Positions 39,801 through 51,270 of a DNA stretch of 64,000 nt are shown here, one piece after another. The stretch is from Octopus bimaculoides (lineage: Eukaryota), in assembly GCF_001194135.2 (NCBI RefSeq), contig NC_068982.1, positions 104,784,991-104,848,990 on the forward strand. The letters run 5' to 3'. The translations under genes and the position numbers were made by a program. The notes under the pieces were generated by a model, which did not search any database, was not told the DNA's origin, and was given only the letters and a program-made list of their open reading frames with translations. The first letter of the stretch is position 1; each line of letters opens with the position of its first letter.

Positions 39801-42800
39801 TTTAGAAAAAGTGAAATGTTCTAACTACAAACACCTTGTATACATAACATATAATACCTTAGAGTTTAACATAACTTGTCTTGTTTTAAAGGTTGGTCGA
39901 CCAAGCAACATGCCTCAAGCTCAGCCCATTATTGAACAGCTTGCTCAGGAAGCAAAGAATTTTAACCGTATCTACATTGCATCCATACATCAGGATTTGA
40001 CAGAGATGGATATACAAAGGTTTGTATTTGATATATATCAGAAGATACTTATCTGAGATGTGATGCAATGACATCATTTTTAAATGAATTTATTAATATT
40101 GCTAATATCAGCATTATGACTGAATATGCTGGGTGTTACAAAACAGGATTCACAGAGCATGGGCTAAAAATGAAACTAAATCTAATCCCATTTGATACAT
40201 TTTTGATAATGGAGCAGTTACGTAGTTGGTGATTAACAATGCGATCTTCTGAATTATAAGATTATGTTTCCAATTATAGACATTACCACTGATAAACTAC
40301 GTGTTCGTAATAAATCAGGTTTCACGTTCAAAATACTTCATCATAATCATCATCATTCCTCATCTAAATAAAAATTGTTTAAAAGAATTAATATTCTACA
40401 AATGTAATTATGTTTCTTAATCTATTTTTTCTTTTATTTCTTTTAGTGTCTTTGAGGCATTTGGGAAGATTGTGACTTGTAAGCTCTCTCAAGATCCTAC
40501 AAAACCTGGCAAACATAAGTATGCATTAAGTCTTTTGTGTACTTTTCTAAATTTATTTCTTCATTTCTTGTTAAATGTATGTTGCTAGAATGATACATTG
40601 AAGTTTGCTATGAAAACAAATATTCTTGAATGCAAATTTGAAAATAAATCTTTCTACAAGAATTTACATTTTCCCATTTAGAATCTAGAACCTGCTCATA
40701 AAACTATAAAATTAAACATTGATTGGATTTATTAAAATGCTAATTAGAACAAGTGTATAATTTGAATTAATAATATGAATTTAAATTTTAGTAATTTCTT
40801 TATTATGATTAAAGCTTAAAAAGTAAAACTTGCAGTAAACATGTATAAAAATCCCTTGTAACTGTACCAATGGTTTTTGTTCGTTTTGAACTGGGACTAA
40901 CTTTTTATGTTATAGAAGTTACGGCTTCATAGAATATGAAACTCCTCAAGCCTCTGAAGATGCAGTTTCATCTATGAATCTCTTTGATCTTGGTGGTCAA
41001 TATTTACGTGTTGGAAAGGTAATTATTATGCATTGCAGAAAATGATTTTTTTTTTTTATCTTATTTAATTCACATTTAATGATAGATGGTGTCTGAATTG
41101 TAGGATATTTTAAAATTTTACTGTATGAAATTGTTTTAATGTCTCTCAACAAATAACATAGAATTAACTTTGTATAAATCTCAAAGAAAACTGTTTACAG
41201 TATCATGAATAAACCTTTGTAATATTTCATTTTTATGGAAATATTGACAAGTATTAACTTACTGGAATTATAAAACACGACTGCTATATTTTTTAAGTAA
41301 TAATGTATTTTTATTTTAGTCTCAACAAAGCTTTTCATATTCATTCTTAATGTAAGGATGTATTTAAATTGTTCAACAGTTTTAAAGTTTCTTTAAAATT
41401 TAAAAAAATCAATTTATTGTGTCATCTGCTCTATTAATGATGCAAAACGATGATGATGGTATGTGTATATATATATATATATATCCCGTCATTAAGAATG
41501 AAATATCCAATTTTGAACTGAAAGTTTATTTTACTTTATCTCAACAAAAAGCAATGGAGTTAATCAAAATGTGCACCTAAATTATCAACACAGATTTTGA
41601 CATTTTATTGGTAGCTTATTTATGCTGCCAGTGAAGAATTCTGGAGAGCAAGAGGTGATGAAATCACAAAAATCTGTTTTTGCATCTTCTTTAGATTTGA
41701 AGTTTTTTCCTTGCAAAAAGTTGTCTAATGCCTGGAAAATGTGATAGTTAGTTGGTGCAAAGTCTGGTGAATATGGTGGATGACAGAACACTTTCAAGTT
41801 CAGTTCCTGTAACTTGAGTAGCGTTCTTTGTGCAACATGTGGTCGAACATTGTCTTGTAAGAGAATTGGCCTGTCTCTATTGACCAATCTTGGTTGCTTA
41901 ATTGCAAGTTCATTCACCATTTCATCCAGTTGGCTAATGTATATATCCACTGTAATTGACTTACCAGGTCTCATGAAGCTGTAGTGGATGACACCAGCGC
42001 TGGACCACCAAACAGACACCATTAGCTTTTTTTGGTGAATATTTTTTGGATTGGGTTTTAGCACTTCATCTCTATCCAACCACTATGCAGAACGCTTGCT
42101 ATTGCTGAAAAGAATCCATGTTTCATCACACATAACAATACAATGCAAAAATAGTTCGCTTTTATGCTGTGACAGCAAAGAACAGCAAGTTTCAAGACAA
42201 CGTGTCATTTGATGTTTGTTCAGTTCATGTGGTACCTATTTGTCCAGCTTCTTTACCATGCCAATTTGTTTCAGATGGTCCAATACAGTTGGAATCGAAA
42301 CTTCAAACCTTGCGAACTCATGTGTAGTTTGAAATGTATGTTTCCACTACAGTTTTCAGCTCATCATTATCCACCTTGGTCTCATGTCTACCACGGGGTT
42401 GATTTTCAAGAGTAAAGTCACCAGACCAGAACTTCTATCGATGTACAGTGTGCTCATTCACCATATCTTCATCAAACACCTCATTGATGTTTTGAGCTGT
42501 CTGGGATGCATTGGTTCCACTATGGACCTCCTATCCATAAACAACACAAATTTTTTATCTATCCATAGGTTCACAAAAATTGATTTACAAGAGAAAACTC
42601 ACAATATAATCAAACCTCGTGAATTGTATTTTGAAAAGTGATGTAACTCTTCAATGTTGTAAAACAAAGAATTGTCAGGATAGAACAGAGTTAACGACCG
42701 TCAAACTTGGTGCATAAGAAAATCGGACTTTTAATTCTTAATGACCTGATATATGAGCTGCTGATTACACCTATGACTCATTATTAAATGAAGGCTTGTA

Positions 42801-45800
42801 TGGGTTACACAATATTAGAAATCCTTCCTTAATTCTATTCCGGAGAATTATTATTTTCTCATTGTTTATATACAATTTGTTTTTCCTTCATTATAATGCT
42901 ATATTACTTTCTCTGTTCCTTCATTTTAAGTCTTTATTATTAGTTATTAACAATAATTATTGTTAACTGAATTTTATCTTCCTTGCAGGCTGTGACTCCA
43001 CCAAATGCTTTACAGCCACCGTCAGGTCCCAGTAGCATGCCGACTGCTGCAGCTGTAGCTGCTGCAGCAGTTACTGCAAAGATCACAGCAATGGATGCTC
43101 AACAACAAGCTGTTGGTGTAATGGGTGGCAGTTTGGTGAGTATATTGCTTTCATCCTCTCCAGGAACAGTAAAATAAAGTACCAATCTTATACTAGAGTT
43201 GATTGAATTGATTGTTCCAAAACCTTTGTAAGCTTTCCAAGTCTGACATGGCTGCACTTGATGCTCACATTGAACTTAAAAAAGGTTGATGTCATGTAAG
43301 CAAAACATAGGTGGTGATGTGGGTTACAAGGGATAACAGCTATGCAAAATAAGGATTAAAAAGCTTTTCAAAGGAGGCAGTATTAGCTGCCTTCTGGGAG
43401 ATGGTAGAAAATTCTTTATGGGTACTGGGGATAAAAGGTGGTAGGGAGCAAAAAATGAACCTGTACAATTTTTAAGTCTTTGTTTCCTATTTTATATTTT
43501 CAAGTGATAATCTGCTAGTTTGTCACAATCACAACAATGACGATATCAATAAAAGACTTTGAAATGTGAATAAACAAACAACTAAAAGTATACTATTTGT
43601 GCATGTAAATTATAAGCGATAAACGAAAAGGTATTTCCATAAATACAATTATGATAGCCACTGCACTTGTTGTGTTAGCTAGTGTCATGACTTGGACACA
43701 GATGCTACCTAAATGTCCTCCCACAAGAACAAAAAACTGTGGACGTTTAGATTAATGTCCAATAACAATTTTCTCATAAAACTTTTAAATTACCATTTCT
43801 TAAAAATATTTTAAAGTTTTACATTGTGTGCTGATCAAGGTTCAAACAGCGTTTTGTTATATTCTTGAAGAGGGACTGAGTCTTTACATTGCTATTTTAA
43901 CCAAATTATATATCCATGGACCTTTGGTAAATCAAGGGCCTAGTTTGATATCTACTTCCTGAATTCTGTTTGATAATTGCTGTGTAAGATCATTAATTGT
44001 GAAGCGTACCTTTTGTTGTGACTTCAAAAATTTCAGCTGTTCATGTGTAGAAGAGTTTCCATGTGAAGGGATTGACTTTTGCTGTTGATGAAGAAAATAG
44101 ATGAAAGAGGATTTTAACAATTATGTCCATGGAAGTAGTTCAAAATGTAACATGGGAGGATTAGTTGAAAGCAGATGTGCACAGAAGGTTACAGTGTAGT
44201 GAAAAGTGGTATGTTATTAGACATGACAGCAATTGGGGAAGAGTGGGACATAATAAACAAAGTTTGGAGTTCACCATAACAGAGAGAATTTAGATTGTAG
44301 AAGCAGTTTAATTGGAAACAGATGAGGCAAGAGACAGATGAAGTGCATATTACAAGCAACTTGGCTAAGTTCTCATGCCAGATATAGTCTAGATTTGGGT
44401 CAAATGAGGTTTTATTTTTAGAGTTGTACTCATGTGTGTGTGTCCCAAAACTAATTAGCAAAATTTTCTATTTGATAAATTATGGATTCCTTGTTTTCTT
44501 TCATTTTCTTGTGTAGGCACCACCTGGTCTAGCAATGCCTACTGCACTTGGAGCCAATAACAACATTGGAGCTACAGTATCAACTAGTGCATCTACATCA
44601 GCTGCTTCACCTTTGATGGATTCAGCCAGTCCCATTTTGAGCAGTTCTGGTATTGCCACATCACAAGTAACAACTGTAACAAACCAAACTGGTATTGCTG
44701 CATCAGCTTCTCCTCTTTTCTGTTCTGAATCCATGGTTACTATTCCAGCACCACTACCTGCAGCTGCTCCATTAACAGCTTCACAGACTCAGATGCAGGC
44801 ATCCGCAGCAGCTGCGGCAGCAACAGCAGTAGCAGCTGCAGGTGAGTAATTTGTTTGTTTCCAGTCTGCAGAAATTTATAATTTAACATGTAATTTCTGT
44901 TGGATTGATAAAATTTATCATCATTATTTTTACATCTGCTTGCCATATTGGTATGAGTTGGACAGGTTCATTGCATTCCAAGTCAGTTCTTATTTGGAGT
45001 TACTGCCCAGTAATTAAGAAATAGAGTAGTTGAATTCACCACATGGGCTTTAGTTAAAAAAATCCTGTTACAAGTTTTGTAGTGAATCTTGTTTCATTAT
45101 GCTACATTGGTAAATAGCATTTAAGAAGAAAAACATCTTATTGTTGAAGACTTGTGCTTCAACACTATACAAATATCTTCTTAATGTAAACAAAATTATC
45201 TCTCCTGTGTATACTGTCATAGAAAATTGAATGTAAAGCAGTAAAAACATCATTTAATGTCTTCCATGCTAGGATGGGTTCGGTGTTTTAACAGGATCCG
45301 ATCATCTGGAGGACTGCATGTCTGTTTGTGGCATGATTTCTATTCTATGGCTGGTTACTTTACCTAATGCCAACCACTTTACAGTGTACAAACCCAAAAC
45401 AAAAATGTAACCAAACATAAAACATGAAAATGTAACCCATCAGCTTTTAAATCCGCCATATCTGGCCCAAATATTCAACTTATTTTATGTTCAAACTGGT
45501 CAAATCCAACCTCTTACACCTACCCTACAGTATCATTTTAGAAATAAACAATCCCATCATCAAAATCTTGAAGCTTAGAAGATTATCTATGATCAATTCA
45601 AAACAATGTGAATATATAAGCATCAGATTTAACTGAGTAATATGAATGCTAGAGGGTTAAGTTGCATTTACACACCCATACTTACTATTATTTACCACGT
45701 GATATGGTTCACTGGTTAAGTACGCACAGGCCTTTGCAGTTTACCACAAAATATCTGAAATGAAATATATTTGTCAAGGCAAAGTATAGTACTCTGCTTT

Positions 45801-48122
45801 ACTGTATTCTGTTTAGTTGAAAATTAGGTACCATAGATGCTTTATCTTAAGGATTCATTAGGAGCATTTGTTTCAACGAATTCTATTTGAGATAATTTTA
45901 ATAGTATGCATGAAAATTAGAATTATATCCTGGAATGTAATTCTGAGGAATCATCTCAGCCTAGTGATTGTGACCATGTTCACAGATTATACATGAATCC
46001 ATATACTTTTCACATTGCAATAAATGTTTTGGAAATAAAAGAGTTTATCTAAGAATTATTATTTTTTTTATCATGTGCAGGTATTACACCTAATCCAGGA
46101 ATGAATCTGGCCTTAGGCAAAAGTGTGAGTGACCAAGCAAAATCAGCTTTATTAGGAATACTTGGCAAAGGTATTGATCCTTTGCAGAAGAAAGCACTGG
46201 AAGAAGAACAATCGCAGACATTAGATCAACAAGAAAACATGAAAATCAGTGGCAGTAACGCACGACACATGGTCATGCAGAAACTAATGCGAAAATCAGA
46301 TGTAAGTTATAGGAGTGTTGATTTGTTGAATATTATCATTTCTTGAGTAGTTAGCAATAATTGTCTGAGGAAATTTGTTGTAAAGTCTCATTGTTCAGCC
46401 TTGCCTGAATAAATCCATGGTAGTGAAATAGCCGATTAATTGTAAGTTATATGTATCATCTCTAGTAACATAAAATCATGTCAGTCTGGGCTGGTTCCTA
46501 GGTGATGGGAATTCTATTTTTGTGACCATGGGGTCTTAAGAATTCTTTTTGTAAAACTAATTTTAGAGATGGTAGAAAATTAGTTTGTTTAATAACTACT
46601 TAATTAACGAACCACTAAAGTAACCTAACTGATTTTTGGGTGAAAAGATTAAGATTGTTGGAGAAATAGACTTTTCTCTTCATTAATATTCATAATAGAA
46701 TTCAGCATTACAAACATTTTCTCAATTTATGGATATATTTAGATTTGTCAAACTATTCAAATGATGCTGTCATTTAAAAAAAAAAAAAGTAATTAAAATT
46801 CAAAGAGATAAAATTTAGCAAAAATGTAAAGATGTTTTAATTTTCTTTTTTATCTGCCATTGTGATTTCATTGTTTCAGTGCCGTGTGATGGTTTTACGG
46901 AATATGGTTGGTCCAGAAGATTTGGATGATGAATTAGAAACAGAAGTTACAGATGAATGTGGAAAATATGGTGTTGTCAATCGAGTAATAATCTATCAAG
47001 AAAAACAAAGTGAAGATGAAGATGCTGAAATAATAGTAAAGATTTATGTGGAATTTTCTAAGCAAGAAGGTAATTTTTTTTTTTAATATTCACAATTGAA
47101 TAATTCCCTTCCCTACAACCCATCTTCCTAACACTCTCTTCCTTCCACCAAGGTTCATTGCTTGCTGTGTTTCTTGCCCTTTGCACCCTTGTGAACCCCT
47201 ATTCATACTACTCATCACCTGGCACAAAGCCATCTCCTTTCATACTACTCCTTTCTCAGTTGAAGGGTCTTGCCCTGCAAGTTACTTGGTAATCTCACTG
47301 CTGTAACAGCAGTACCCTCAGTAGATGGTTGGTATTAGGAAGGGCATCCAGTTGCAGAAATATACCAAAGCTGACAGCTTGGTGCAGTCTTCTGTATGTT
47401 TAAAATTGTGTTGCTTTTATATTCTTGGAGTGGTTGGTATTAGGAAGGACATCCAGCCATAGAAATCCTGCCAAATCAGACTGGAGTCTGGTGCAGCCCC
47501 TTAACTTACCAGTTCTGGTCAAACTGTTCAATGCATGCCAGCATGGACAACAGACGTTAAATGATGATGACATATAGTATTCTTGTGATTAGAATTGGTA
47601 GGTGGGAAACTGTACAGAAGCCTGTTGTATATCTCTGTGTGTACAAGTGTGCTAAGCCTTTGGGGTGTTTATTTCAGCTTTTCTTTATATGATACTGGGT
47701 CCAATGATGTTATGTTTACATCTCCTGTAAATATGTCCTGTACCTTGGAATAAAGTAAATAAAGAGACTTGATGAACAGGTATAGGTTGATTGATGGCAG
47801 AAAAGATATCTGGTTGCCAAATACTACTTCTTGTCTAATCCATATCAGCATGGTAATGGATATTAAAAGACAATGATGATGATGCTTGTTTGAGTGAATT
47901 CTTCTGCAAAACAAGTGTTCCCTTTTTAAAAAAAAATTGTATTTTTGATGTCTAAAATGCTGCTCTGCATATTACTTGAATTTTATTGTGGACTTAATTT
48001 TTCTTTTCACAGAAGTGGAATTAGCCATCAGTTCACTAAACGGAAGATATTTTGGTGGTCGAATTGTCAAAGCTGAAACGTACGACCAAGATATGTTTGA
48101 TGCAAATGATCTCTCAGGATGA
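4315..48122 (+). CDS. PUF60: Poly(U)-binding splicing factor PUF60 / half pint, full 13-exon gene model (1887 nt CDS including stop, 628 aa)
   Basis: Spliced translation gives [28 protein letters not shown]1 ([10 protein letters not shown]), [14 protein letters not shown]2 ([16 protein letters not shown]), an Ala-rich linker and a C-terminal UHM ([12 protein letters not shown]...LNGRYFGGR...DLSG*). All introns are GT-AG with matching phases. Exons 1-2 are assigned by splice signals and phase only. Confidence 0.96.
4482..4490 (+). promoter_or_regulatory. YY1-like motif in the first intron
   Basis: CGCCATCTT about 110 nt into intron 1. Confidence 0.35.
7940..8285 (-). repeat. Two tandem copies of an abundant SINE-like repeat with (AAT)n flanks
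   Basis: Repeated ...ATCGACCCCAGTG...TTTATCGACCCCGAAAGGATG(A/G)AAGG...GCGGAATTTGAACT...; degenerate relatives occur at about 280, 19570 and 56110-56250. Confidence 0.6.
10860..11330 (+). pseudogene. Degenerate DD37D (maT-type) transposase fragment
   Basis: Broken translation DEKNFHLDK...[22 protein letters not shown]...QDLAPCHT...[11 protein letters not shown], similar to the element at 59670. Confidence 0.65.
11430..11806 (-). mobile_element. tRNA-derived SINE containing an internal (TA)n
   Basis: Reverse-strand head AGGAGTGGCTGTGTGGTAAG...GGGTTCAGTCCC (B box) ...GCACCTTGGGCAAGTGTCTTC; CpG-rich. Decayed relatives at about 12200-12290, 20170-20310 and 52470-52600. Confidence 0.75.
13018..13130. 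mobile_element. Mariner terminal fragment
   Basis: GTGGGGTGGTGCTGAAAAGTTCTTGGCTT...TTTTATTCAACAT...CACGCATTTATTGCAG resembles a mariner end; no partner end found. Confidence 0.35.
14666..14714 (+). CDS. PUF60: PUF60 exon 2 ([16 protein letters not shown])
   Basis: Acceptor ttgttgtttcag, donor G|GTAAGT; phase 0 in, phase 1 out, linking exon 1 to exon 3 in frame. Confidence 0.7.
27070..28400 (-). mobile_element. Decayed RTE-clade LINE (RT region)
   Basis: Minus-strand fragments [29 protein letters not shown]...[14 protein letters not shown] and [15 protein letters not shown], with many stops and frameshifts. Confidence 0.75.
30188..30323 (+). ncRNA. Minimal type-I hammerhead ribozyme motif (Penelope/retrozyme-like)
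   Basis: CTGAAGA core 30194-30200; stem II GGCGTAGCG (30201-30209) pairs with CGCTAGGCC (30298-30306) at 8/9; GAAA 30307-30310; palindromic stem III ACAGCTGT; GUA cleavage triplet; short stem I AAATCT/AGTTT. Confidence 0.65.
31022..31860 (+). repeat. Two copies of the abundant (CAT)n-TTTAACG...CCATGCT(A/G)GCATGGGTTGGA repeat family
   Basis: Copies start near 31022 and 31490, sharing GATGCCCTTCCTAA(C/T)GCCAACCACT. Confidence 0.8.
35188..35396 (+). CDS. PUF60: PUF60 exon 3 (DLAAEEL...[25 protein letters not shown])
   Basis: Hallmark PUF60 N-terminal motif; acceptor ctgacag, donor CAG|GTAAAG. Confidence 0.95.
35560..36010 (-). repeat. Same repeat family in reverse orientation, with an internal array of about 65-nt units
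   Basis: About four units of GTAAAAAGCACCATC...CCTGACTGGCTC, then GAGTGGTTGGCGTAAGGAAGGGCATCCAGC...GATGATGATG. Confidence 0.8.
37144..37202 (+). CDS. PUF60: PUF60 exon 4 ([20 protein letters not shown])
   Basis: Matches the [11 protein letters not shown] motif; acceptor ctgttttcag, donor AG|GTAAGT. Confidence 0.95.
37926..38139 (+). CDS. PUF60: PUF60 exon 5 (RRM1)
   Basis: [71 protein letters not shown]. Confidence 0.97.
38818..39230 (+). repeat. Same repeat family, forward copy
   Basis: CATCATCATTTAACGTTCG...CCATGCTGGCATGGGTTGGATG...GCCAACCACTC. Confidence 0.8.
39892..40019 (+). CDS. PUF60: PUF60 exon 6 (linker and start of RRM2)
   Basis: [42 protein letters not shown]; donor AG|GTTTGT. 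Confidence 0.96.
40447..40518 (+). CDS. PUF60: PUF60 exon 7
   Basis: (S)[23 protein letters not shown](K); acceptor tttttag, donor AA|GTATGC. Confidence 0.95.
40916..41018 (+). CDS. PUF60: PUF60 exon 8 (RRM2 RNP1 to end of RRM2)
   Basis: (K)[34 protein letters not shown]; branch-like ACTAAC at 40896-40901; donor AAG|GTAATT. Confidence 0.96.
41482..42751 (-). mobile_element. Full-length defective mariner (D,D34D class) in PUF60 intron 8
   Basis: About 30-bp imperfect TIRs (TATCCCGTCATTAAGAATGAAA / TTTTAATTCTTAATGACCTGATA) with TA flanks, 1.27 kb long. Transposase remnant 41585..42566 contains [18 protein letters not shown] and [10 protein letters not shown] (third Asp changed to Asn) and has in-frame stops. 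Confidence 0.92.
42989..43135 (+). CDS. PUF60: PUF60 exon 9
   Basis: [36 protein letters not shown]...; donor TTG|GTGAGT. Confidence 0.95.
44517..44841 (+). CDS. PUF60: PUF60 exon 10 (Ser/Thr/Ala-rich low-complexity linker)
   Basis: Open frame between acceptor ttcttgtgtag and donor G|GTGAGT; phases 0 and 1 fit the neighbouring exons. Confidence 0.9.
45248..45390 (+). repeat. Same repeat family, degenerate forward copy
   Basis: CATCATTTAATGTCTTCCATGCTAGGATGGGTT...CCTAATGCCAACCACT. Confidence 0.7.
46081..46301 (+). CDS. PUF60: PUF60 exon 11
   Basis: ...[29 protein letters not shown]; donor GAT|GTAAGT. Confidence 0.95.
46880..47069 (+). CDS. PUF60: PUF60 exon 12 (UHM domain, first part)
   Basis: [63 protein letters not shown]. 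Confidence 0.97.
47300..47570 (-). repeat. Same repeat family, reverse copy or copies
   Basis: GAGTGGTTGGTATTAGGAAGGACATCCAGC...GCCAGCATGGACAACAGACGTTAAATGATGATG. Confidence 0.8.
48013..48122 (+). CDS. PUF60: PUF60 exon 13, terminal (UHM R-x-F motif, stop)
   Basis: (E)[35 protein letters not shown]. Confidence 0.96.
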
Positions 48123-49346
48123 AATGATTAATTGAAGATGGACAGAGTAAAAGCCAACTGACTTGAACAACTACTGTTAGTGATGTGAATGATGTGTGAA
48201 ACTGAAGTGACTGTGTAACAAATGCTGCCCATATGTGCCATTGTTATCTTTGAAGTATTTTAGATCTACTGAATTCCTTTTCTATTGACAGTAGTGAAGT
48301 TAGTGACTAAACTACATCATCTTCAAATTGTATTTTCACATTATAATCCTAGCTGTTATTGTACTGGAAACGGAAATTTGAACTGTTGATGAATCATTTT
48401 TAGTGGACCTTAAGTATACAGTTTTACCATTAATGGCAGTGGTAAATTCTTGGGTATCTCTCTGCATTCATACAGATAAATAGGCTTCATTCATTGACAA
48501 TTTTTTTTTTATATAATAGCATTTATATTTTTAGATTCATACCACATTGTAATAATATTATCATGTCTTCATTCATCATTAGTGTCTTTTATATTGATTG
48601 TCCTGTATCATCAAATGTAGTGTATTTGACATTAGTCAACATGAAATTTGGTGTACTGTTGAACCTTGTCTGGTCTGGTCTGAAATGGTTTCTAGATTAC
48701 AATATTTCTAACATTCATTTAATTTACACAGGAATTTGTATTGTTACATATTTGTACCACATACAAAGGTTATTGGAGCTTTAAGCATGAAATTCAGGAT
48801 TTTAATATTCAGCATGCTATTAAATATTTTAAAGATATAATAGCATAAATATTGTTGAATGTTTTGTACCAAACGAACTCTTCCATTTTATTATTTTAGT
48901 GATGGCTGCAATAATACCACAATTAAGACATCTACTATTGACAGTATCACTACATTATATAAAACAGTATTGTAATGGCAGCATTTATTCATTATGTCCT
49001 ACTAATGCAATGTCTAAAATTCTTTCATCACTATTATTCAATGAGACATCTCTTTCATACTTAATCATTTGGATAATTCTCATGTACAGTATTAAAGTCT
49101 TTTGGGTTTTTAATCTTTCAACCAAGAAAATCTAAGGCAGAGATTTCTGATATTTCCAAAACTGTCTCTTGGAGGGTGAAACTTCACTTAATTCTCCTTC
49201 AATTTTTGTGAAAAACAATTTTCTTTTAAAACAAATCATTTTCTCAGAAGCAATAACTAAAACTTCAACATTTTTCTACAGCTGCTGCTACTTTCTCTTT
49301 AATTAAACAACTCAAAATAACTTTTCTCCATTATTGACTTACTGAC

Positions 49347-49390
<44 letters not shown>

Positions 49391-49949
49391 ATAACATCAC
49401 ACACACACATACACAAAAAGTATGAGTTACATTCCACTTTTTCATTTCTTGAGATATTTTCATTTGAGAAAAAAAAGTAATCTTCTGTTGACAGTTTTGT
49501 TTTTTGAGAAAGCAATCACAATACTTTTCTTTGAAACAAATTATTTCCCAATGTTGGCAGCAAGAAAACTATATTCAACCATTTTCATAACAAAATATTC
49601 ATCTTTTTTTCTTTCCCATTTCCCGTCCTTTTTTTAGAATTGTTTAAATATGCCAGCCATTCTTTCAACCTTCAGATTACATTTTTCTGACTTGTGTAAT
49701 TTTGTTTATGTATATAAATTGTAAATAAATTTTATATAACTTTAATAATGAGTTGTTTTTCTATTAGAATTTGCGGCTTATTTAACATTGTTTTTATAAT
49801 AGTGTGTAGGATGGTTTTTGAAATTTTGAACGAAACGATCTTTCCACTGTGGTGTAATGGAGTTGTTTCTGTGTTTAAATGTAACTATGTAATAACGTAA
49901 CTTGAGTAAAGTGTTACCAAATAAATACATAAGGTGGAATGTCAATAAA
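48123..49949 (+). other. Probable PUF60 3' UTR with candidate poly(A) signals
   Basis: Repeat-poor AT-rich sequence after the stop; AATAAA at 49724-49729, 49920-49925 and 49944-49949. The true end is unknown. Confidence 0.5.
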
Positions 49950-51105
49950 AGAGTTGCATCTGTGAAATATTGAGAAAATGCATCAGAAGGCTATATTATA
50001 ACAAACATCATAATTTATTTGGGTTGCAATGAGAGTAGACAATTGTTGTATGTAGGAGTCAAGGAAGGCCATTGAACTTAATATACAAATGGGTAGAAGT
50101 GCAACTGTTGATTAAGAGTATAAAACTAGTTAGGTTTATAGAACTGAAATAAAAGCAACTGATTCTACAATTTTATTATTATAGATTTCTTATATTTTGT
50201 CTACTACTTAACTACATGAAGATGAAATTTGCATTATGGCCCCTAACTAGATTATGTTGAGCCAGAGATTCATTTGATTAGCTATTTCCAAAGAGGTGTA
50301 GTAAAATTTGCCCCTGAACTTTGATGTCCCTTACATTACCTCAAGCTTAGTTATTACTCAGGTTGAATCCTTCAACATTTTTACTAGACATATCTGGCCC
50401 AAACATTGTTTTATCTTCAAACTTGCCCAATCTGGCCTCTTACACCTACCTTATGTCATTGTAAAAGAAAAAACCTAAATATTGAAGCTATGAAACAATG
50501 GGAATAAGCATTACATTTGGCAGAGTAATCTGAATACTTAACCCTTTCGTTACTATATTTATTTTGAGATGCTCTGTTTTTCTTTCAATTACTTTAGATA
50601 TAACAAAGAATTTTGTAAAATAACTTAGTTATCATTCAGCTAGTGTTAGGAACATAAATTGTGATTAAGGTTTAGTGGAGGATTTTAATTCATAACTTAT
50701 GAAAACAAGATATTTGTACTCAGAGTCAGAGCCGGTTTCAGCCAGGTTGGTAATGAAAGGGTTAAAGGATGAAATACCAGCCAAGACCAGCTTGAAGTTA
50801 GATGGAGGAAATTTACAAACTTGATGGAAGAATAGGTACAAAGGTAGTGATTTGATTACAATAGAAGTTGCTGTACAAATCTTTGCAATATTCAGTGTCC
50901 ATGATCATGATGGGAATGTTAGAACATGTATCAATAATATGTTGAAAAGAAATGACTACTTGTAAAGATCAAACAATTGTAAATCAATAATTCATTTTCT
51001 ATTCCTTTCTCATCTATTTACGACTAATCTTTCTCTTAGAGTTAAAGAATTATATTTTCCATACCAAGAATGTATATAAGATCTTGGCTAAGCCTTATGA
51101 GAAAG

Positions 51106-51270
51106 TATTTTGAAGATGAGCACTCAGTTGTTCAATCACCTAATCTACCAATTCATTAATGTGTCATGTTTAAGTGGCTGAGTATTCCACCAACTCATAC
51201 CATTAATGTAATTCTCAAGTTGAAAGTTTGACACCAAATCTTTGAATTACAGGTACAATTCAGCTGACAG
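51106..51270. repeat. Local duplicated segment (empty-site copy); second copy at 52749-52834 plus 53235-53325
   Basis: Both copies share TATTTTGAAGATGAGCA(C/T)TCAGTTGTTCAATCACCTAA...CTCATACCATTAATGTAATTCTCAAGTTGAAA...ACAGGTACAAT. Confidence 0.85.

Noticed and set aside
40916-40918. NAGNAG alternative acceptor (TAG|AAG|) as an explanation of the RNP1 anomaly
   Set aside because: Using the distal AG gives KHNYGF, which deletes a residue and does not restore KGYGF.
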